Part shown: piece by piece, positions 34,708 to 45,563 of the stretch
How the letters are laid out: every line of letters starts with the position of its first letter
How positions within the stretch are numbered: position 1 is the stretch's first letter
NCBI GenBank assembly: GCA_019828565.1
Contig: JAHDYR010000064.1
Coordinates: forward strand, 665,162-729,161
DNA from: Carpediemonas membranifera BICM
Lineage: Eukaryota > Protista > Fornicata
Length of the DNA: 64,000 bases
Direction of reading: 5' to 3'
Notes under the pieces: generated by a model
Seen by the model: the letters and a program-made list of their open reading frames with translations, nothing else
What the model was told of the DNA's origin: nothing
The model's database searches: none
Made by a program: the position numbers and the translations under genes

Positions 34708-37166
34708 ATGGATCTGCCTGATTCGATTTATTCGAGCCGAACGAATCGGGATCGAATCAATTACGGCCAGATGGCTGAAGAAACCGAGAACAACACCGGG
34801 GACCGCACGCCTGAAGCAGAGAAGATCCCAGATCCGCAGAAGCGCATCAACGAACTAACAGGCGAGTTATTGACGCTTCGAGATTTAATGTCGCTGGAGT
34901 GGCGCCACCCGGACTCACTAGCCATGAGTAACGAGTCCGAATGGCTGCAGATGCTCTACAGGGACATCGTCCTCCACCCGAGCTGGACAACCGAGACGAT
35001 CAAGCTTCAGCTAATGCTCCGTCATGAGCTTCTCCTCATTAAGGACATCAATGGCTTTCACTACGCCGACGCAGTCAAGGACTACGTCAGAGCCCGACGT
35101 TCCAGGATCCGTGATTCCGAGAGCCTCACCGTCCTCATCGCAGAGGCCCGCTCCAGTGCCAGAGTCGCCCCCAAGAGCGATAAGCGCCCCAGAAAAAAAC
35201 TAATTGTGCAAGACCATCAATCAACCGAACCACCACTCCCCACAACCCGTCGAGCGGGTTCTCTCCGCTCACTCAGTGGCCGCGTGGCGGCGCTTGGGAG
35301 CGCCATCCGACGTGGTCTCTTGGGTTGGCGACGGCATACCATCGAACTGACACAACAACCGAGCAATCCTCGAATATTCCATCTCCCAGAGAAGGACTTA
35401 GCCAAGCTCGATCCGCTGGTGCGCGAAATGCTCTCATCGGGTGCCATACACCGCGTCTCATCACCACCGAAGCTCACATGTCCTCTCTTTCCAGTCCCGA
35501 AGGGTACAGACAAATGGAGAGCAGTCCACAACCTCATACCGCTCAACAAGGTCTCCAAAGAGCGCCGTACGTTCCGCTTGTTCGGTGCCAAGAGAGCAGT
35601 TTTAAGCCTTGCGCCAGGAGACATGATGATGTCGCTAGATCTCCATGCAGGCTACCACCACGTGTCCATTCACCCATCATCGCAGTCCCTCCTAGGCTTT
35701 ATTCACCGCGGCGTCCACTATCAGTTCACAGTCCTCCCATTCGGATGGTCCGCGGCGCCATTCTACTTCCAGAAGATCATGATTACCGTAGCGAAGATTA
35801 TCAAGCGCCATTGCCGCGGTGTAGGAGTTGCCGTCTATCTGGACGACCTTCTATTCTTCGGGAAGAAGAAGGCCCTTCTGCGCGAGCGCCAGCGCCTCCT
35901 GGACATCATGAATCAGCTAGGCTTTATCATCAACCACGACAAGTCAGTCCTAGAGCCCACCACAGTCCTGACATACCTCGGCATGCGCATCGACTCAGCT
36001 GCTCGGGTCATTTCCCTAGACTCGAAGAAGCGCAGCAGATACCGCCAATTGGTCGAGAGTGCGCTGATAGAAGGCAATATGAGCAACAAGAGGTGGCAAT
36101 CCCTCATCGGGAAGCTATCCTTCGCATCTCTGTGCTTCCCCGACGGCCGCGCATGGCTGAGACCTCTTCAGACAGCCACCGAGACGGAGAAAGGCTTTAC
36201 GAAAGCCGTCCTCAAGGCCCTATCGTACTGGAAGCAACTGCTGAGCAGCGAAGATCATCCTCCCCGCTCCTTCGACTCCCCTGATCAGCATGTGGGGCGC
36301 AAGCCCGGCAATCGACATCCACATCCAGTCGGACGCCTCAGAAAAGGGCTTAGCTGCCATTATCAGGGACGGCTGCAAGCAGACGATCGTATCCTCCTCC
36401 GTCTCCCCCAACAGCCCGCTCCAGAACGAGTCCATTGCGGTGAAAGAGTTCTTTGCGGCGACGAACGCCGTGGAGACGCTCCTTCCACATCTAACGGACA
36501 GGGGAGATCACCGTATTCATCGACAACAGCAACGCCTGCGCCTGGTTGAACAAGCAGGGATCAACGCGAGCCCCGCCGATGATCCAGGACGATTGTCTCA
36601 CCCTCTTTTCCCGCTTGGCCGCCTGCCAGATCACACTGAGAGCCCAGCACGTCAGCGGGCACCTCAATGTCTCCGCAGATGCTCTGTCGAGATACCAGCG
36701 ACTGGAATGGCGGACACCACGAGGGATCCTCGCTGCCATACTGGAGGAGTGGGGCCCTCTCGAGGTCGACGTGACTGGTGGGAGGGACAAGGAGTTACTA
36801 CTTCCCGGCTTCGTCGAGCGTTCGCTCACGCTGGCCGAGAGCGGCATGAGCTCGGAGTGGCGCAGCAAGAGAGTCTTCGCAGCACCACCATACGCCCTTC
36901 TTCCAGCCGTAGCCAACCGACTGGCCCTCATTCGCGCCTCACCAGCCTCACATCCGAGGCATACCAAGTCTGCAGTGGTCGTGGTGATGCCCGACGTCCA
37001 GTCCGAGGCGGTACGCCGCATCAAGGGCCTCTCCCCCTTCAAGAGAACGTTCAGGGTCTACGCGGAGGACATGAAGGACTCAGAGCTCCAGAACATCCTC
37101 GTGGGGGAAAAGCCGCGGCTCCTCGCCGTCTTCGTGCCGACGACGCCGCTTTCAACGCAGTACTAG
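34708..37166 (+). CDS. P1 gag-RT-RNaseH-methyltransferase-like (frameshifts at ~36290 and ~36520)
   Basis: ORFs 34708-36549, the start of 36290-37837, and 36546-37166. Confidence 0.85.
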
Positions 37167-38046
37167 GTCTAGACGAGCTCAAAGGCTACGTGGCAACGAC
37201 CAGGCGTGACACGGCGGGTGTCGTCTCCCAGTTCCTGACCTTCCGAGAGGCCAACCCGGCATCGGACCGCGACACATTCCTGGCGTGGCTCGCTCGCGAG
37301 GCTGAGCTAGTAGGCCCAGACCGTCTGGCGCACCGGGGCTCGCTGGTGGTAAGGTTTGCACCCCTGGTATCAACGTGGGCACCCCCAGCTGCTCAAAAGG
37401 CATTCATCACCGAAGCGAAGCGCGCTACAGTCCCCAGGCCGCAACGCAAGGTCCCAGTGCGGGCTGCACGCATCCACCGCCTGATCCCCAAACTCGCCGG
37501 CCGCGACGAGGAGTTCCACCAAGCCTTCTTATTCGGCGTCGTTGCCTACGCAACAATGTCGAGGCGCAGTGAGATCCTACCCCTCACTCCTCGGGATATC
37601 AGGGTGAAAGCAGGACTCGGCGTCTCTATCACCATCGACTCCACCAAGACAGGGCTTCGCGCAGTTAAGAAGTTCATCCCGTGGGTCGAAGGCGCGCTCA
37701 ATCCGGCAGGGATGCTCATGGCTCACCTGCAGCGCTGGTGCCAGGACAGAGACGCCACCATCTGGAAGTCCCCCAACCTCGATGGGTCGAGGCTGGACCG
37801 AGGGCCGTTGCCCCCGCTATGCTCCAAGACAAGCTGAAGCAGGTCTTTGGAGACCCAGTTGGATCCCATAGCTTCCGTCGCGGGGCCGCAGCGGACGCTG
37901 TACTTCGCGGAATGCCCACTCCAGTGGTCATGGCCCTCGGTACTTGGAAGTCCGAGAGTTCCCTCCAGAGCTACATCGCCGAAGCGGTGCGGCTCGACCA
38001 GGAGACAGCTGTGACGAGGTGCGAATGGTTCGCGCACCTCGAATAG
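37120..38046 (+). CDS. P1 tyrosine recombinase
   Basis: C-terminal half of ORF 36290-37837 plus ORF 37681-38046; R-K-HxxR-W-Y residues present. Start is approximate. Confidence 0.88.
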
Positions 38047-38343
38047 CAGTCGTCTCCTTCCTTTACTCGTACGGGTACGAGTGGTCCATAAAGATTGAAT
38101 GGTCACCATCGGGATGGTGTAGGCGTGCGGGCGGGAAGCCCCAGGAGAATTCATAAGTGAATGTGAGTGTCTGCCTAGTCAGACGAGACGTCAGCTCCGG
38201 CGTGAGATAATGGAGCATGGGCGATGGATCTGCCTGATTCGATTTATTCGAGCCGAACGAATCGGGATCGAATCAATTACGGCCAGATGGCTGAAGAAAC
38301 CGAGAACAACACCGGGGACCGCAAATCGCAAAATCCCGAAAGC

Positions 38344-38420
38344 GCTCCAGCCGTAGCTCAGATGGTTAGGCCCCCAGCCTGAGAGACGGAGGGTCGCGGG
38401 TTCGATTCCAGTTGGGGTCA
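38344..38420 (+). pseudogene. tRNA-like sequence (A and B boxes) inside the P1 spacer
   Basis: A box tagctcagatgg, B box ggttcgattcc, wobble acceptor gctccagc/gttggggt. The anticodon arm is not canonical. Confidence 0.6.
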
Positions 38421-38816
38421 GACATTCCACAAGCTCAGTGGAAACAAAACAAAAGGAGCAATAACGCGAGACGTACTCAGGTCCGGCGAGTTAACAGGAC
38501 GTTGAGGGAAGAGCCGAAGCCAAAGTGGGCTAGGCAATGAAGCCATGGAACCCGTGACCCAGGGGTCCTCTTGACACCACGACGTTTTACAGTCCGCGGG
38601 ACCGCGGGCACAGGGAACATTACGCGACGAATCATGTAAATGTTCCGCCCCCAGGAGAATTCATAAGTGAATGTGAGTGTCTGCCTAGTCAGACTGGCAA
38701 GGCCAGCGGAGCCAAAACTTCGGCGCGAGAGGTCGAGGATGATTCGATACGATCTCAAAGACGGGATCGTGCGTCTCATAAGGGCGGTTCAGTTGTTCAA
38801 GAGCGAACTGAAACAG

Positions 38817-39314
38817 ATGGGAGACGCCGCCCAAGAGATCGCAGAGCTCAAAGCCACCGTTCAACAGCTTCAAGACGCATTTACTGCCGGCGGCAACGTC
38901 CGAGAGACAGTAGATCTGCTTCGGCAAGAGACCACCATGACTTGGAAGCGTCCTGCTTCATCCACTATGCGCGAAGAGGCGGAGTTCCTCGAGGAGATCT
39001 ACCGCAGCTTCAAGTTCAATCGAATCAGTGGCTTCGCCGTACTCGCTCGCATCTTCCTCCGTCACCGAGTCCTATGGGTGAAGGACCGCTACGGCTACCT
39101 AGCCGCCTCTGCTGTCTCCACCGCGGGCATGGCCGCCCTTGCCGAGCGCCACGAGATGAACGAGACGGAGATCGAGACTCTCGTCCTCCGCACCCTGTCC
39201 AAGATCCCCCGCCTGACCGAGAAGAACACCAAGCCCGGCACCGGACATGACGGCGGCAACCGGGGTTTTCACGGGAAGAAGCCGAAGCGCGCCGGCACGA
39301 AGAACTCAAACTAA
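38817..39314 (+). CDS. P2 gag-like ORF1
   Basis: Occupies the gag position and resembles the P1 N-terminus (WKRP..S.M.EE.E.L...YR). Confidence 0.7.
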   Translation: MGDAAQEIAELKATVQQLQDAFTAGGNVRETVDLLRQETTMTWKRPASSTMREEAEFLEEIYRSFKFNRISGFAVLARIFLRHRVLWVKDRYGYLAASAVSTAGMAALAERHEMNETEIETLVLRTLSKIPRLTEKNTKPGTGHDGGNRGFHGKKPKRAGTKNSN

Positions 39315-39509
39315 GTCAAAAGAAACCACCCATCAAGGATCCTCGCCCCGGTCCACAGGTCCTAACTCCTCATCCAACCACAAATCCCACTACTCCTCAA
39401 TCTCCTCCCCTGTCACCGACGCCTCCTCCTCCCCCCGTCCACAGCACCTCCTCCCCCGTCAGTTCCACCATTTCCCTGCATCAACAGGCAGTGGCGCCTA
39501 TGGAGGCAC

Positions 39510-41337
39510 TTGGGCGCGCCATCAGAGGTGGTTACGTGGCTACGCGAGGGCGTCCCGATATCCCTAAGAGCGCACCCTCGTCATCCGCGCCTACCACCAA
39601 CTCGCGCCAAGGACCGCAAGGCATTCCGCGACCACCTGAAAACCCTCCTGAGCCTGGGCGCGGCAAGCCCATGCCGGTCTCCCAGCTTGATCTCACCTAT
39701 CTTCACTGTGCCGAAGACGCCACCAGAGACGCGTCTGATCCACGACCTAAGGGCATTGAACGCAGTGTCAACGGAACATCGAACCTTTCGGCTGAAGGGA
39801 GTCAAGCAAGCGATGGCCCAGCTTCGCGAAGGAGACTACATGGCACGCTTGGACCTAGTCAAGGGCTACTACCAGTTAGGGGTCAGGGCCTCGGACAGCC
39901 CGCTGCTGGGTTTCGTGGTCGACGGGAGACCCTATGCCTTCAACGTCCTACCCTTCGGCTGGGGCCCAGCGCCATTCTTCTTCCAAAGGGTGATGCTGAC
40001 AGCAGCGCAGATCGTAGCACGGATGTTCCCAGGCATCAACTTGACCATCTATCTCGACGACTGGCTCCTGTCCGGGGACAAGAAGACACTGACCGCTGCG
40101 ATGCCCGGCATACTACAGCTCCTAGAGAACCTCGGCCTGGTCATCAACAGGAAGAAATCGCAGCTCTCACCCACGCAGCAGACCGACTTCCTTGGCTTCG
40201 TCATGGACTCTGGCCGGCGGGGGATCGCTCTGCAGGACAGCAAGCGGCAGAAGTACCTCTCACGAGTCAGGGGAGGCCTTGGCATCGGGGGCCACGACAC
40301 ACAGCATGCAGCGGTTGTTGGGCAATCTCGGCTTTGCAGCCATCATTTGGCCGGAGGGCCGAGCCGCTATCAGACCCCTCCAGAGAGCCCAACTGAAGGA
40401 CCGCTACCGCACACTCATATCCGGCGAAGCGAGAGAAGCACTGATCCAATGGGAGCGCCGCTTATCACGGCCATCTCCGATAAGGTCCTTCCAAGAGCTG
40501 CTTCACCTGTGGGGTCTGTCTCCGACGCTCCACATCACAGCGATGACAGACGCCTCTCACTCAGGACTCGGCGGAGTGATCACAATCCCGGGCCGTCAAC
40601 CCTTCACCTTCACCAGGCCGGCCCCGGTGGACGAGCACATCACATTGCTCGAGTTCCGAGCAGTGGAACAAGCAGTGAGACTGATCCTAGCAGAGCCGTT
40701 GACAGACGCGGAGGTCACCATCTACTCCGACTCGGTGGCAGCAGTCAGCTGGTGGAACAAGCAAGGCTCAACCAAGGCTCCGCAGTTTGTAGACTCAGTC
40801 ATACGGGACCTGCTACCCACACTGAGCGAAAGGGCCATCAGGATAAGGCTCCTTCACGTCTCTGGTCACTTGAACGTCCAAGCCGACGCATTGTCGAGGT
40901 CCGAAACGCTCTCAGCGCCTCGTCGGATCATCGACAGGATCACAGCCGAGTGGGGTCCCATGCAGAAAGAGATCTGGCCCTCCGAGTGGCTTGGAGCTCG
41001 AGTAGAACACAGCCCGTCGACGGTCGACGACAGCAGGTTCATAGACATGGACTGGTCGACAGGAAGGTGGCTAGCAGTGACACCCTTCGCGCTCCTATCA
41101 GCAGTATATGCAAAGCTGTGCCACCTCCACATTGCAAGGACCACACAGCCGAGATCCCTACCAAGTGCCCTCGTCCTGCTAGTGTCCGACTGCAGATCGC
41201 CGACGGCAGTTGCGCTGAGAGAGCTGACTCCGCACCGCATGTTCTTCAGAGTCAAAGCGGAGGACGCGGACCTATCAGCGATCACCCCCTGCAGGCGGAC
41301 GGCACATACCGATTGGCGGCCCTGTTTGTGGGAGTGA
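39510..41337 (+). CDS. P2 RT-RNaseH-degenerate methyltransferase (frameshift at ~40290)
   Basis: Motifs: RLIHDLR, LPFGW, YLDDW, TDASH, YSDS, ADALSR. Confidence 0.88.
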
Positions 41338-41365
41338 CATCTTCACCATCTCCCTCGAGGGTGAC

Positions 41366-42232
41366 ATGTTAAGTGGATTCGTAGACAAGCGCCACGTCGC
41401 GGGTGTGCTCCAACAGTTCTCGGGTTTCTGGGGTGCCCTTCCACCTGACACTAGCAGCATCGAAGTCATAAGAGCATGGGCCAAGGACCAAGCCTCGAGG
41501 GTCACCAAGGATACAATCACCTCGAAGTGGAGCCTAATCCGTCGCTTCTTCGGCCGGGTGTCATCATGGGAACCACCGCTGGACGCCGACGCAGTCATCA
41601 AAGAGCAGGCAAGGAACGCTCTTGGGAAGCTTAGAGGGCCTGCTCTCCCGATTCGCGCGCACACTCTGGTTGACAGGCTTCGGGCTGCCCACCCTCAGTC
41701 TCGAGACGACGACCTTTGGAAGGAGGCTTTCGCCTTTGCACTGACCACCTACGCCACGACCTCCAGGCCTGGAGAGATCTATGCCCTGCATGTTGGTGAC
41801 GTTAGAGCGGAGAGCGCGCGCCGCGGGCTAAGAATCTCCATCCACGGCACTAAGACCCGGCGAGTGGTCGTTGAGAAGCTCGTCCCGAGAGTCGACGGGG
41901 AGCTAGACCCGGCTCACTGGCTATCTGAGGTCCTAGTCAATAGGATAGATGCAGGCGCGGTGGCCGAAGACCCTCTCTGGTCGCACCCCTACTCAGTCAT
42001 TGAGGACCAGGTGAAGGGCATCATCTCCACGCAGGCTCGGCTGCACGGTCTGCGCCGCGGGAGCGCGGCTGACCTGGTTCTGATGGGTATCCCTATCCCG
42101 GTTGTTGCGGCGAAGGGCACATGGGCTGACCAGAACTCATTGATCCGTTATGTGGAAGACGTGCTTCGCCTGGACTACAGCACGTCCGTAGCCCCGTTCA
42201 GAGCCTTATTAGAGAAGGATAAGAAGAGATAA
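41366..42232 (+). CDS. P2 tyrosine recombinase
   Basis: Motifs: TSRPGE, GTK, HGLRRG, GTW, RY. Confidence 0.9.
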   Translation: MLSGFVDKRHVAGVLQQFSGFWGALPPDTSSIEVIRAWAKDQASRVTKDTITSKWSLIRRFFGRVSSWEPPLDADAVIKEQARNALGKLRGPALPIRAHTLVDRLRAAHPQSRDDDLWKEAFAFALTTYATTSRPGEIYALHVGDVRAESARRGLRISIHGTKTRRVVVEKLVPRVDGELDPAHWLSEVLVNRIDAGAVAEDPLWSHPYSVIEDQVKGIISTQARLHGLRRGSAADLVLMGIPIPVVAAKGTWADQNSLIRYVEDVLRLDYSTSVAPFRALLEKDKKR

Positions 42233-45200
42233 GCCCCTCAAAGCCATTGAGGAGTGGCTGCGAGGGGTATGATTGTGGGCCTTAGTGAGGCTAATCATAA
42301 ACCTTGATGGACAAGGTGATATTGGCTATTTGGAAGCCGTTAAGGCTTTAGAGTCTCTTTTAGGCTCGATGGTTCAATAATTGCGCATCAGATGAAGAAA
42401 TTGCGCAACAAAAGTGAAAAATCGCTAGAACTCCTCAACGAAGCGCCGTTGAGGGCTATAGACCTCGTTTTGAGCTCTTTGTGTTGGCATATGCAATGAA
42501 TTGCAGCCGGGGCACAGCTTGCATGAAAGACATCGAGAGTGTCTTAAAGTGCACCGATCGGCTGCAATCGCTTGGGCGGCGACTGGTTCCCTGTGGGAAT
42601 GGACGGAGTCTACCGGATCGTCAGCCTGTCTGACTGGCAAGGCCAGCGGAGCCAAAACTTCGGCGCGAGAGGTCGAGGATGATTCGATACGATCTCAAAG
42701 ACGGGATCGTGCGTCTCATAAGGGCGGTTCAGTTGTTCAAGAGCGAACTGAAACCGCGGGGCAGCCTTGCTCCCGATCCCCTCCTTCGGAGGGTGACGCT
42801 CGGCATTACGTAAGGTCGAGCGAGGTAATTTACTCCGGCTTACACAGAGATAGACCCGGGACGATGCGAGAACGCGACACAATAAATTACCTACCCCCCC
42901 TGTGGGAATGGACGGAGTCTACCGGATCGTCAGCCTGTCTGACCATATCATCGATATGTAAGCTATCACGCCTCGGGCGTGGCTCACGCCCTGACACTGC
43001 TGGGTCAGGGTGTCAGAACAGGATTCCGGGTACACGAGAAAGATGGCCAAAATATTTAGAAAATCTCGAAAGATATGATTGTGGATACGGTCTTGATCCG
43101 TCCCGATCGCGAGCAGATCGTATCCCTCCAGCAGAAACCGTGAGGATGGCCGAAGGCGACGCGGATAACGCTGATCCGCCGCCTGTCACCATGGAGAGCC
43201 TTGCTGAGCTCATACAACAGCAGCAGAACGTCATTACGGCACTCCGTTCGGAGGTTTCATCGGTTAAGGACAGTACACGGGACCCGAGACGCCCGTCTCG
43301 GATAGGAGCCGTTGCTAAGGAGTACGACCACCTCCGCGAGACACTTGCCGACATCAGAGGTATCCTCAACAACCCGGAGATGACGCGCGTCAACCAGATC
43401 GAAGCCGCGATCGAGGCGGTCTTCGAGCGCAGACTCGAGTTCCTACGGCTATATGACAGCCACTCCGACACCGCTGCGCGCTACTTCATGGCTATTTCGA
43501 GAGAAGAACGAGACGCGCAACGCTTCGTAGTGCTGGCCGCCAAGGCGGCCAAGGCCACCCCACCGCCTCCTCGACCCAAGCGGTTCCAGAGAGGCTTCGG
43601 CGGCTTCAGCCGCAACTCTCCCCGCTTCAACAACAACAACCGTCGTGCCCCGGCAACCGACCTCGGACCGGGGCGGGCCCAGTAGAGGCCAGAGAAGGGT
43701 TAAGCCTGAACCCGATGACTATAAAAGGCTCGATATACTTCGAAGAGTTTGTTTGCAATGGAAAGAGAAGAAGCACAAGAAGATCAGCAAGACACCTCCA
43801 CCCAGTGTATACAGGGGCTGACGGGCTCGATGAGCCGTCGGTGGATGAGGTGGCAGGCCCTCGGGGCCAGCAGGGAGGTGGTGCAGCTGTTACGAGAGGG
43901 AGTGAAGGTCACCCCGGCAGCACCGGCGCTCAATGCGCACCTCCAGAAGGAGACAGACACGATGAAGGCTCTACTAGAGGAGCTACTGCAACAGAAAGCA
44001 ATAGAGAAGGGCGAGGCGACGACAATATGCCCCCTGTTCACATTAGAGAAGAAGATCGCAGGCAGCTACCGTCTGATACACGACCTGAGACCGGTCAATG
44101 CATACCAAGAGGACCTAACATTCAGGCTGAAGGGCCTAGCAGAGATACAGCATGGAGTTCCGAGAAACTCGTGGGGAATAACATTGGATATGAAGTCCGG
44201 GTACTACCAGCTCCTAGTGGAGGAGAACTCACGACAGGACCTCGGATTCTCGTTCGAGGGAGAACAATACAGATGGAGAGGACTCCCTTTCGGCCTCTCA
44301 ACGGCGCCACGGCAGTTTCAGTCGGTTACGTCACAGATGGCGAAGATCCTGCGCTCACTTCTCGAAGGACTGATAATATACGTGTATCTGGACGATCTGC
44401 TCATAATCAGTCGCTCGAGAGAGTCGTTGAACGCCCAGGTCCCACGGATCTTAGAGATCTTGGACTCACTTGGAGTCGTCCTATCGAGAGAGAAGTGCCA
44501 CTTGACCCCGTCCCAGAGGGTAACTTTCTTGGGCGTGATAGTCGACTTGCGCGAGATGACGATGTCGCTGCCAGAGGAGAAGAGGGCTCAATACAGCAGA
44601 CTCATAGCCAACCTGCAACCCAAGAGACACACAAAGCGGGACCTTCAGACCCTTCACGGAAAGCTCCTCTTCTGCCGGTTCGCACTGGGGACGCGGGCAC
44701 TTGTCCGGCTCAGAGAGCTGCAGGTCAGGATCGCTGGCTGCGACGAACGAGTGCGGTACCCAAAGTCCAGCCTGCCCCAGGACCTACGAACGGATCTGCG
44801 GTGGTGGGCCAGACAGCTATCATCCGATCCGGCATGGTACTTCGGCCCAAGAGGCCAGGTACTTCGTATGGAGACCGACGCGTCGGACTATGCGTTCGGT
44901 GCGACGCTGTTTGTCGAAGACACGTCCCTCAACATCCAGGGCAGGTTCTCAGAGGCACAATGCTCCAAGAGCATCAACGCGAAGGAGCTATGGGCAATGG
45001 AGGAAGGCCTGCGGAGATGGACGAGCGACATTCAGGAGAGGGACCTACTCATAGCCGGGGACAACACATCAGCGCTTTCATGGGTCCTGAAGTCAAGCAC
45101 CAGAGCTCCCCGACACATCAGAAGGACGATTGTGGAGCTTCACGACTACTTGTTCGAGATTGGCTGCAGGATAAGAACCAAGCACATTCCAGGGAGATAC

Positions 45201-45540
45201 AACACGACTGCCGACGGGCTGTCCAGGTACCGGAAGCTGGACTGGAACTCACCCGCGGCGATGCTCCAGAGCGCGCTGGAACGATGGGGGTCAGTAGACC
45301 GATCACTCTTCTGCGCGGAGAGATTCCTGCCGGAGGACCACGACTTCCAGACGGACGCATTTACATGCAATTGGTCAGAGATGAGGTCATTGGCGGTCCC
45401 ACCAGTCAGCCTACTGGTGTCAGGGTCCTACCCATTGTTTACATAGTTGATATATTTATTATTGCCATATTTACCACAGCAGGGTCAAACCCTCTCTTCT
45501 TTGCTTTTACTAAAAGTTCTTCTAAGTCTTGACAGACCAC

Positions 45541-45552
45541 AATACTAGTATT
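45541..45552. promoter_or_regulatory. Palindrome AATACTAGTATT at the PBS position of GF
   Basis: Perfect 12-bp palindrome overlapping the last base of the 5' LTR. Confidence 0.85.
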
Positions 45553-45563
45553 CCCCTTTCATC

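Larger units (their letters stand above)
34669..38694 (+). mobile_element. PAT/DIRS-like YR retrotransposon P1 with split direct repeats A1-ORFs-B1-A2-spacer-B2
   Basis: A1 34669-34807 = A2 38185-38323; B1 38139-38184 = B2 38649-38694. Encodes gag-like, RT (YLDD), RNase H (SDASE), methyltransferase-like (WGP..D...APPY) and YR (SRRSE, TK, HSFRRG, W, Y) domains. Confidence 0.93.
38695..42943 (+). mobile_element. PAT/DIRS-like YR retrotransposon P2 with split direct repeats
   Basis: A1 38695-38814 = A2 42635-42754; B1 42589-42634 = B2 42898-42943. ORFs: gag-like 38817-39314, RT/RH/MT-like 39510-41337, YR 41366-42232. Confidence 0.93.

Noticed and set aside
38344-38420. Functional tRNA gene
   Set aside because: The anticodon arm and D/T stems are non-canonical, so it is kept only as tRNA-like.
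42755-42897. Hammerhead ribozyme
   Set aside because: The CUGANGA and GAAA core motifs are not present in the required arrangement.
34669-42943. Ngaro classification
   Set aside because: A methyltransferase-like domain follows RNase H, which fits DIRS/PAT-like elements better; a phylogeny is needed to settle it.
12208-45552. Canonical tRNA PBS or Tf1-type 5'-end/PBS pairing
   Set aside because: No TGG follows any 5' LTR, and I found no second copy of the palindrome inside the LTRs by eye.
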